DNA of 64,000 nt, from the NCBI RefSeq assembly GCF_000150275.1, contig NW_002060944.1:1412911-1476910 (forward strand). Direction: 5' to 3'. Positions 49,401 through 60,900 of this stretch are shown here, one piece after another; position 1 is the stretch's first letter; each line of letters opens with the position of its first letter. Origin of the DNA: Trichoplax adhaerens (lineage: Eukaryota; Animalia; Placozoa). A program made the position numbers and the translations under genes. The notes beneath the pieces are model-generated. The model was not told the origin of the DNA. It did not search any database and saw only the letters and a program-made list of their open reading frames with translations.

Positions 49401-52400
49401 GCGCGAATAAAATTATATTACCATTTAGCATCCAATAATTTGGTTGAAAGAGGATGCTTAAGTAATTTCGCTCGCCTAAATTGAACCATCGTCTGATAGC
49501 ATTCAAATGCATTAATATCGATGCAATGTCAATCACAATAGGCTTCATCACATACAATCGAGAGAAGAAGTACCTACTAATATTTATGTAAGCCTTTTAA
49601 ATGACTCACCAAAGCATATCTACATTTAATACCACGGTACAGAAAATCTATACTTACTATCAGAGCATTTGTGTTAGGAATTTTGCCGTTACTGCAATGT
49701 TTAACTTCAACGTCTGGACCAGGATCTATGTATGTAAAGTCATACTCCACCTAGTACAAAATTTAACAGGAATATTAAAGACTTGAAAAGAAGGCCATTT
49801 GCTAATTGCAAAGCCAGCTAAATTGGCTGCTATTAATATCATGTTCACCTTTTGTGTTCGTAATTTCATGTTTTCATTCGTTCGTACAACACATGAGTCC
49901 ATCATCACCTTTTCGAATGCAAAATCGTATCAATAAACGTTATCGGTGAATTAGTTTATCGGTAGTAATATAATCATAATATTCGCTTTTTCAATAATTT
50001 CCGCAAACCTTCGCAACAATTGGCAACCTTTTTATCAAATTTTGAAAAACTGTGTGACCGTTGGTATCAACCTTTTTCAAGATAGCTTTCGCTCTAAAGC
50101 AAACGACAACACATACAGTATTATGTAGCAGACCGGCAACCTTAACGAAATTCTTTTAATTTGCACTTTATGTATTACTATATAAATTATTAATAAGTAT
50201 TTACAATGCTAGCTGTAAGCTGCGTTAAGAAATATCGTAAACTAATACCTTTTATGTATAACTAGTACCATAGCTACGTCTTCATGATCATTTTCGATTA
50301 CAATATCCATGCAATCTTTACCATCTCCATCTCTTAACGTGATATCTGCTCCATGATCTAGTAACAATTTTACCATTCGTGCATTACCCTTACGAGCAGC
50401 TTTATGAATTGGGCATTCCTACGATAATGGTTAAATATCATGACGGTAAAGTTAAGACGCAAAATAATAGTTTGTATCGAATGTTATATTTACTTCGGAA
50501 AGTAGATTAGACTGATATCATACAGTTGTGAATACAAGAAACGCAACAGTACCATAAACTTAGCTGAGCTACTTACTCCTCGATAGTCCGCTAAATTTAC
50601 ATTTGCACCAGCGAATACCAGTATTGTTGCTATTTCACAATTTCCTTTAATAGCAGCAATTTCCAATGGGGTCAGGTAACTACTATCTCTGTAGGTAAAA
50701 ATAAAGATAATTCAATGTTAATCTAAATTAGTCAAAAGAAAGCGGCATCCTTAACATAATATATAATTAAATACGGTTTTCAGCATAACAATTAATCTAT
50801 TACATGTAATCACGAAATAGTAGAACGTCAATAGTAATAGTAGTAAGTGTTTACAACCTCTTGGGCATAAATACCTCTTTTCAACATCTCCACCAAATTT
50901 CAATAACGTTTTAACAACGCTTGCATGTCCAAGAGACACTGCAACATGTAACGGAGACTTCGATCTGTCACCTAAACAATTTAGCAATGATGGATACTTG
51001 CGACAAATCAGTTTTACTACTCTAGCATTACCACTCCTAAAACGAACAGTCAGTTTATAGTGTCAATATTACAAAGCCAGTAATTTCTTTTACAGATAAA
51101 ACAATTAAAAATCTGAACGTAGCATTTGTTGATACTTACATGCAAGCAATATGGAGAGAACTATTATCATCACCGTCATTAATTTCGCCCATAGCATTGG
51201 ACTTTAATAATACTTCTACAATCTTAGAAGGTAACGTTAAAACAAAACAGCATTTAATAAAATTTCAAAGGTGCCACTCTATATTCATTAATGTCATAAT
51301 TGTACATCATAATGCACAATGATTGTGGTATCCTACTTCCAAGTTTCCCTTCTTAACGGCGTAATGAAGCGGTGTACATTCAAAAGTATCCATATCATTT
51401 ATGAGACGTAATGCAGTAATCTAAGTTGATAATTGTAACCAAGGGATAGGAGTTTGGTTATTCATTGATAGTTAAAATTTAATATTTGTCAATAGAGCAG
51501 CAAAAACCATCTTACAGAAAAAGACAGTAGAAGGTTTAACACTTTTGTATGAGAATTTTCAACGGCAATGTGAAGGCAAGATTTGTTTTGATCATCCACT
51601 GCAGTAATGTTAGCGCCGTGATCCAGAAGAAACTTTGTCATTTCCATGTGACCCTTGCTGACTGCATACATTAATGAAGTCCTCCTTTTTCGATCGCCAT
51701 GTCTTATATTAGCACCCTATAGTGGAATTGATCAAATTTGGATTAAAATTATTGGAATACTTTATAGAAAGTAAATAAAAACCTCCATTGAAAATTTACA
51801 ACGCAATTACTATTTTACGACAATATACCGCATCTAATAGAGCCTTTGCAGCCGTTAAATGTGAATGTGAGGCAGTATAATGCAAAGGAGTCCTATATAA
51901 GTCATCTCTAGCTTCAATAGGAGCCCCAAGTAAAATTAATTTTCGCACAACATCAGGGTAGCCATTAGCCGCAGCTACATGAAGAGCAGTTAAGCCATCT
52001 CTCTAGTTAAGAAAGATATACAATACCATATCATGTAACGCTATTTACCTACGGCAGTTAATTGAAGCCTGATAAGAATTTACCTGAATAGCTCTAATAT
52101 TAGCACCAGATTGTACCAATAGCTGAATAACCTTTAAAGATACAGGTAATTATAACATTTAAATGCAACTTGAATTTACATAGCTTTTACGATGTTAGCA
52201 AGAAAGTAAGAGTTTTGACCTCCTTATGATTTCCTTGAGCAGCTTTATGTAGAGGAGTTTGTTGTTGATTATCCATTTCATTGATATGGTCTTTAATATT
52301 CAATTTACAACTACCAGCAGCATCAAGCAACATTCGTACAACCTTTGCAGCACCCTTTGCTGCAGCATGATGAAAAGCCGTTCCGCCATCGATAGATTTC

Positions 52401-54248
52401 TTCGTTATACTTGAGCCTCGATCAATCTAAATTGACAAGCCAATTACCGAAATGATACCTATCTTTACGCTGTTTACTAAATTTATTAATTTTTCAAGCA
52501 TTTGACACATTGTCTTACCAAAAGCCTACAGACTTCAACTTTATTTCTCATACAAGCCAAATGTAAAGGGCTTAGAAGATCGTTATCAACTTCATTAACT
52601 AGCGACTGATCAATGTGTATCAAGCGCTACAATAACAAAAAATAACTATATTTTACTGTTCGAATGTTTCTTTAACTCATCATCTCAACTTTAACATAGT
52701 GCACAATATTTTACGGAAATATCTGTTATCTGCACATGCATATTACCAGATCCATTACCAGATCCATGTATTGGTAAAGTAGATAAGGAGTATAGAAACA
52801 AGTATAGGTACATTGTAGCTATGAAAGTGGAATAAACCTTGCAGATATCCTCAAAGCCAAGTCTACTGGCTTCATGTAAAGGCGTTTCACCATCCGAATC
52901 TTTCAAACTGACAACTGCATTATGTTTAATTAATGTTTCCAATGACAGAAATGCATTATGCTTGACAGCCATAAATACAGGAGAAGTATTATCGTACCCT
53001 CGTATGTTCACATCTGATATAATCAACCATAAATAAGGCATGCGATTAGGGTTCAAGTAATAACATAATCTACTCATACAGAAATGTTACACCATTGTGT
53101 ACTTTATCGTAGTAATCGTATAACTTACTTTACCTGACATCAAAGTTGTAACGCATTAAATTAAATTATCCTAATATAGTATATCATAGTAAACTACTGC
53201 ACAGTAAACCAGCTGCATTATAGTGTACGGGTTATATATGGATGCGTAAAATGGTAAGTTAATTTCCACTGTAACATCAACTATAATTTAAGTTGTACCT
53301 GCACCATATTTGATCAAGGTTTCGATAATTTCCACTCGATCATATCTAGCGGCATAATGAAGTGGCGATAAGTCACATTCATCCAGTCGGTTGCATGCAT
53401 CACTAGTTAGGAGGTAGTTATGTGCAAAATAGTCTTCAATTAAGTCAACTCTGCCCAGTTTTGTGGCCTACGAATTTTAAATGATAACGTCCTTACTGTT
53501 GTAAATATGCAAAAGGCATCCTACTTTACGAAAAACACGATTACCATACAAAGTGCATATCTTACAGTTAACCAAGTAAATCTTCATAAGTCTGAATTTA
53601 ACGACTCTTTTAAATATGCAAAGGTATCCTATCTTACGTAAAACATCGCTACCATGCAAATTGCAAATCTTATAATCAACTAAGCTAAATCTTCAAATAA
53701 TTTACAATAGTCTTTACGGTTATCATTTGCAAGTTGTAAGAGAAGTTTAGATACTGGTCCAAAAACCTTGACGCGTTATCATCCTTAAAATGTATTATAA
53801 TCGATTGTAATCCAATATACAGTATACGCTACTGCACTGTACATTAAGTTAGTAGAAATTTCAGATAGTCATTGAAATAAAGAGCCATCAACAGAGCAGA
53901 ATGAGCAACAAGGTGCACGCATAATTTTGTGTGCATCAGGTATGCTAAAAAGTACTTTTCAATCTACGACTTACAATACTGTACTTAGCAAGACTATGAT
54001 TTATCCTGGAAGAGATTGGACAGAGATATACTATGCATGAATATTATGATAGCTATAAAGGCATTATTATATTATAGCCGAGTTACCAAGAACAAATCGA
54101 CCCTGTTCAGTGCATGGCTTTTGATTTTGTTAGGTGATAAAATCCCCTGATCGTCAGTACACTTCTGTGCGGTCTTATTAACGTGTATATCCAAATCATC
54201 ACTGTTTGCTGGTTGAGAATGGCTCAAACGGCGTTTTATCCGCATCAT
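46438..54248 (-). CDS. TRPA1-like ankyrin-repeat cation channel, copy 1 (complete)
   Basis: About 16-17 ankyrin repeats (SPLHYAARYD, TPLHEASRLG, TPLHKAAQGN, SPLHVAVSLG...). Linker LP..MMDSC..VEYDFTYIDPGP, pre-S1 LLKHPLSTKLLDAKW|NRFG, pore MMVGEIN, S6 MPVMLINLM|VGLAVGDVNKVQREAHLERLALQ, then coiled coil and long tail. Start MMRIKRRL at 54248 is tentative. Confidence 0.9.
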
Positions 54249-55639
54249 TTTCTTCAAATCATGATATAGAGTGAAATAAAATGAATAAGGAACATTAGTG
54301 GCTCTCTCGTTTACGGATAACACGTGAATAGATTTGTTATTATCATCAAGCTCAATATACGATTCCTGAGCAAGGCTGGGAAGCAGCGTAAAACGCCGTC
54401 GTTTTCAACGGTGCGACTATTCAATGTGAATTGATCCTGCTACCATGGTACTACCATTCAACTATACGTACTGTAGTTTAACCTACTGTACAGTATATTG
54501 ACTGCTAGTATATCGAATTTCAAAGAAAAAGAAGATGGATATTCACTATTTGAGTCTTTGAATTAAGACTATGTTGAAGGAACACCACTATAGTCCGATG
54601 GTTGCGTTGAAAATGTCCCCATGTGAATATACAAGTGTAGATGGTAGCCGTTTACAATTGATAATATCGAGCAAGTAATCTATCAACTATAATACATGAA
54701 TTCATTCATTATTGCAAAACAAAACAGCTAAGATATGAGTACCTACTGCACTTTATGGTGCTCAATAATAATATAAAAAAGGCAGAGAAACTTTCAAACA
54801 TGCTATCACGTGCAATCTATCTTTTGCAGCGAAAGCCATGCCATCATCAACAAAGTCAATCGATGGATGTTGGCTATTCTGAATTCGAAATAATGTCAGA
54901 TATCAATCAAAACATCCACGAAGAGTTTCTTTCTTAAGGTTAAAATTAGCAAAGTAACTTGAATTCAGCACTACTATACAGTACCTGTACTTGGACCTTT
55001 CCAAGTCGGCACCACTATTAAAAAGACTTTGTAAGTGATGATGCTTGCTATACTTGTGTAGGTACGTGAAAGTCGAAATGGATGTGTCGAGTCAATTAAT
55101 TCATACGCAAGGAAAAAATTTCATCAGCAAGCCACGATTGACAGAGAAAGGAATCCAATATCGTTGTCTTAACACATCGACGAAGTACTACAAGCCATCA
55201 TCTTGCTATAAAAATAAAAATGTACCACAGTCATCGATAGCAGAAAGCCCTAATCCACATCGAGAAAGAGATTAATGAATGAATATTTCGCAAGCGGGCG
55301 GTTTTCCAGCTTTTGCAACAGCATGCACAGTACGGTGCAGTACAGTACTGTATTGTGTCCTGTCCATGACGGTATTATACCGTATTGAATGTGTCTTGAA
55401 GTACCGTACAATAGACGTACAAGAATCACAAAAGGCGTTCTGAATGTCCTATTGTACCCTCAATGTACAGTACAGTAGTTTAACTAGATACACTACAATG
55501 AAAGTTAAAGCCTGGACATTGTACCGCATTGTGACGGGTAAGTGAAACCACCAATGCGTACTCACTTATTGGATAATAGAGTACAATGTGATCCATTTTC
55601 TTCCTTACATTGGAATAGTAAAAACGAACTAGTGGTAAA

Positions 55640-56200
55640 ACGCTTAAGAAAGAAAATCGTTATGAGCCTTCGGATATATTAAAATCATGCACTGGCGATC
55701 AATTTTGTACAAATTGACGCAAAAATTGTAATATCGAATGGATCGGATCCCATCGTACAATGTACTGTCAATGTCTTCCATGAATTTCATAGTCAAGGAT
55801 ACAAGAAAAGAAAAGATTTTTATTGTTAGTATAAAATAGAAGTAGACGGCATTCGCCATAATGTTGGTGGCCCATCGCACGGTGTACATGGCTCCAGTTT
55901 TTCGATATAATCCAATGAACAGCGTTATTAAACTGTCTAGTTTGCCCAACAAATAGTCGTTGACAGTCCTACTTTCTTTCCTTATAGTACTGTACTCGCA
56001 AGTTTCACTTAAGCCTCTGAAATGATCGACTGTATCGGGGACTACTGTACTAATTTTGAAATAGTCCCTATGGGGATGGAGTCTTTGAACATAGTAGTAT
56101 TGCCTACTATGCAATCTATGGAGGATATCATGCTATGGCTGCCATTGTTGAGGAAAAGTCAAGAATAATTGTAGAACCACCAACTACTAAACCCTCCTTC
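55640..56200 (-). pseudogene. Possible decayed class A (rhodopsin-like) GPCR fragment
   Basis: Across two frames: STMAAISM (TM3-like), KKVGLSTTICWA (TM4-like), VRWATNIMANAVYFYFILTIKIFSFLVSLTM (ECL2/TM5-like) and MILIYP..N.F (TM7-like). Frameshifts and stops are present; resemblance judged by eye only. Confidence 0.3.
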
Positions 56201-56280
56201 CGTACAACAACGTATAGTCATGGACTCCTAAAAACTTACAATATTTTTACGAGTCCGTGCTACATAGAATGTGGGACTGT

Positions 56281-56687
56281 CAATTGGTAATGACTAATCT
56301 TCGCAATGTAGAAATTACAGTACTTGTTGTAGTGGATCTTCAGGTTAGCCCGTGATACCTTGTATAAAATGCAGCTCACGCTTTCCTACTAGTTAATTGA
56401 TTTGATTGAAGCTTAAAAGTCGTCGGATTCTCCTTTTATAAGATTCTTGCTGTAACAGTGAACTGATCGTTTTGTATTATAGCAATGGTAATGACTAATC
56501 TTCGCTATGTAGAAACGACAGTACTTGTTGTAGTGGATCTTCAGGTTAGCCCGTGATACCTTGCATAAAATGTAGCTCACGCTTTCCTACTAGTTAATTG
56601 ACTTGATTGAAGCTTAAAAGTTGTCGGACTCTCCTTTTATAAGATTCTTGCTGTAACAGTAAACGGATTGTTTTGTATCATAGCAAT
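56281..56687. repeat. Recent tandem duplication, 2 x ~202 bp
   Basis: caat(t)ggtaatgactaatcttcgc...ttttgtat(t/c)atag repeated at 56281 and 56483 with only scattered substitutions. Confidence 0.93.
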
Positions 56688-57937
56688 ATCATGCTATGCA
56701 CATATTTAAGTTTACTAAAATTGCTAGACACGATACAGCAAGCATTTTGATAATATAACATGTTGATACTTTGTAATCTATGATTATAACTATAACTTAT
56801 CTATTATAATTACTGTATCAAACATGAACATTAATTAGTCTAACAAACAGGTAAAAATGTACTATCCGCTTTTGCTTCAGTAATTTATGTGCAGAGAATC
56901 TAACCATCGATGGAACTTTTCATTTACTGTAGTATGCCAACTAAATCTATCCTTACACGATACGTGAAATATCTTTAGAAAAATTGAAATCCTTATTTGC
57001 GTTCATCTTCTTTGGATTTAATTGTATTTGCAGTGTAGTAAAATTCGAATTATTACAATTTTCGGAATGATGTTTGCACCATGATGACCGACCGCAGTGG
57101 ACGTGTTTGCAAAAAAAAATATAATGCATAATTTATAATAGGTAATATTAGGCCGAATTGTTGATTTCTGTTTTCATATTAGTTCATCAAACAACAGACC
57201 AAAACTTGAAGTGATAAATCGTAAGATGAGATTTATTATTATGGTTTACTTAAGATTTTGATAGCGTAACACAAATAACAGCTCTATATTAACGCTCTAA
57301 CATCCCAATATTAGTCTAAATTTATATTGTCTGCACTTGATTCCACACCGCATCCTAATATAGTAAGTGTAGAATAGACGTAGCTGTATCTGAAATAGGA
57401 TACTTCTAGTCCAGGGTAATTTGTACGGTTGGTTGGTTTAAGTTGTCAGTGACTCTGTAGTCATATATTAAAAAGCTCTTCATTGAGCTCTATTTATCGA
57501 ATCTACGTCAATAAGCGATAAGAAGCAACGCTATTGCGTTTAGAACAAAATATTATTTTTGAGTTATCATTGCTCAAGTGAATGATGATCCGTCAGCAAT
57601 CTAAATAATAGCGTCAAAGTCTTAGCTATGCTTATGCCACTTAACAAATTATATCTTTGGCGCATACCTTAAAAACACGGACACGATAGGTATAAAAGTC
57701 AGTAAATATGCGCTGTACAGTTCATACATTCTATGCGAGCAATACTGAACAATAACTCTTTATTTAAATTCAATATTTTATTTCGTATCCTGATGTATCT
57801 CATACGAAATATCACCGTTTACAACTATTTTATAAGAATATATTGTACATTATTATGTGTTTGGTAGTTTCTTACAAAATGAAGAAAGAAACGTACACAC
57901 GAAAAATTCTAACCTAGAATATCTAACATTGATAGAA

Positions 57938-60900
57938 TTACGTTTGATTTGATGTATTGCCATCTAGTTTACTAATTAATTCCTTAAAGCTCTCTCGTAA
58001 TTCTCCTAGTTGCTGCCCTAAGTTATCAATCCTATGAAAGAAGCAGGTCGTTAGAAGTGAATTCGGAAATTTAAATGATAGTACATATCAGGTTGTACTA
58101 TCATGGAAAAAGTAAAATTAGAGATGGATATATAGCACTTGTGGTTTATACAAAATAAGTTACATGCACCATTTTACATATCTTATTGAAAAGACACACT
58201 CCAAATTAACCTATTACTAGTAACCTTCCATTTAAATGAATGGCTACAAAAACGTGTTATTAATAACTTTACAGTTTATTATCACCAGCAAATCCTCTCG
58301 TTTCGCTGATAGCGATTGTACCTTTTTCCTTGCTGATTTAGCTCATTATAGATATTAGACATATGTATCAACGCGTCCTGGTTCGCGCTATCCTTCCTAG
58401 ATGTTATAGCTATGCTGGAATGATTGTGGTTGTGATTTCCAATAGGAGGCTAAATATAAGTATTGTTAAGGGAAAGCTTTACTTGAAGTACGAAAAGCTA
58501 GCAAGAATGGAACTGTAACACATTTTATACCTATTTAATATCGGCAATTTAATGAAATAAAAATTAAGCGTCTTTTCTACAATACCTTCCCCTGATAATT
58601 ACGTTCATAAACCGTATGATAGCCAATGTAAAAGTAATGTCGTAGCTTCCTAGGTAAAGTACGCTCCAAATCATCTAAATACTCGATACGAGTCGATATT
58701 AATCGTAAGCCAGCCTCACGACGTACTTTATCAATATCTCCAACAGCTAAACCAACCTAGTTGATACGCGTATAGTCATTATCAATAAAAGAAAATACTG
58801 AGATTTAGTATAAAATAAGGGTAAAAGTATAATAAGCAACAAGCTTATCTAGAATAAAGTTGACCGCTGTAATATTATTCGCGGTAAACAGGATTCGCAA
58901 ATACGTACACATACATTTACAATTATCAATCTTACCATTAAATTCATTAGAGTCACTGGCATAAGAAAAATAAAAATTACGATCATAGCCAAGGAAGTTA
59001 TACTTTCTGTTAAACTCATCCTTCCAGTCTGAATATTATGAAACCAGTTCTCTTGATATTCTATCTCGCCTACCATCATATTAAGTACTTTTACCATTGA
59101 CAATGGAACGTTATAAAATGCTGGCTAAGATTAAGATAAAAGCAATGATTATATTATTAATGGATAGTATACAATACAGTAACATTCCTTAAAACTGATA
59201 TAAGTGACTTAGATTGAAAATAATTACAACAGTAACGTATTTTGGTATTTGTTCATACAAATCTTAAAGTTTAACTACTTACTTCCTTCGGATTTAGGAC
59301 ATAAAAGCTAACTCCAAAGGCAAACGTGAGTAGGACAACAATTTCTGATATCTACCATTTGAAGTTAATGTTCAATACCAAAGATAAAACAGTAAAGTTT
59401 AATAATTCTTCTACTTTAAAGCGGTGTATATCATAAAACGACATAGTACATACGTGTATACCAGTTATATTTATTTCGAAATCTAGAAAACCTACCGTAT
59501 TATCCTACGTAAAATCTTAATAAATTTGAACATATGTAGTACTAATAGTAATCTTAAGCAGCCTTGTACTGTATAAAACTGCATTGAAGACGGTAAAACT
59601 AATTACGCTTGTTGAGGTAATCATGAATAAAAACAGTGGCTCACTGGCTTATGTTCTTTTACTAAATATACATATTAAAGGGAGAATTTCGTTATTTTTA
59701 AACGAAATTTGAAAAAATTGCGAAACTACATCATATTTTACAATTGTTTACCCTTGATTGTCGGTACCAATCTAAGATTGATCATTTTTCTATTTTTCAT
59801 ATGTTAACTTCATACTCGTAGGTAGGTTACACATTATTCAAACTTCTATATATACTAGGACAAATAAATCTAACTTTGAAAGTTTTTGCTGTGACTGCAG
59901 CACTATACGAGCGCATATTTAAAGTACGATTTTAAATCTATCCGATCTAGTGAGATCTACGTATTACATCGTAAAATGTGTACACTCACGTTTAGTAATG
60001 AGATAAGAACAGATTCCAACATCAGAACGAAAATACCAACATGATCTAACCTATATAGGTATAAATGACATAAAATACGTTAATAAATACATTAAATTAT
60101 CTCAAAATTCTTCTATTAAAAAAGAAAAATATGATTTAAGCTATGTCTCACATTTCCATATGTAGCAATAAGTCGATATAGGCCAAAAAAATCAACAAAC
60201 TATATAGGCCCATTGCAACATTAAATTCAATACGCATACCAGTTACAATTAATAAGATATAAACAGCCAAATCAAAATAATTGGAAACTGATTTGAAGTA
60301 GGACAACCTCTAAAATATAAATATAATAAGGCGAATCAAATTGATAGAACATGTAGAGTATAAATACTAATTGCCCCCCACAGTAGCACAACTACTTTTA
60401 TGCATTGATCAGCATTTTACCTGATGATAAAGTTGATATATTTCTTTCATAACATTAATATATCCAAATGTTTCCATAAAATTAGCGAGAAATATCACAC
60501 CTGGAGTTCCCTAGCAAAAGCAATTTCGTTTGTTTAGTAACTTTAAACTAAAATAAGTAGCCATAATAAACATAACGGGATCAACGGTGCTATTGTTTTA
60601 TTCAGAAGCTGCATGCGTATATGATGAACAGAATTAGATGTACAGTATGACCATCGCCATGACTTGGCTTTTCATCACCTGCTTACACAATGCATAAAAA
60701 TCATGCAAAAATATTTGTCTTCGAAATCATTTTCAACCCTAGACTAGGGTTATGCTAATCCAGATATTTATTACTGGTTTTTTTAATTCTTAAATATATT
60801 CCCAAAATATAAAAATATATACAGACTTAAGTCACAAATTTTTAAGACGGTATTATTATGGCTCGGATATCTAAATAAGAAATCACTTATGCTACATAAC

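Noticed and set aside
54520-55275. Plus-strand short ORFs (54755-54937, 55045-55275) divergent from TRPA copy 1
   Set aside because: No recognisable domain and no consistent spliced model; may be decayed coding DNA but unsupported.
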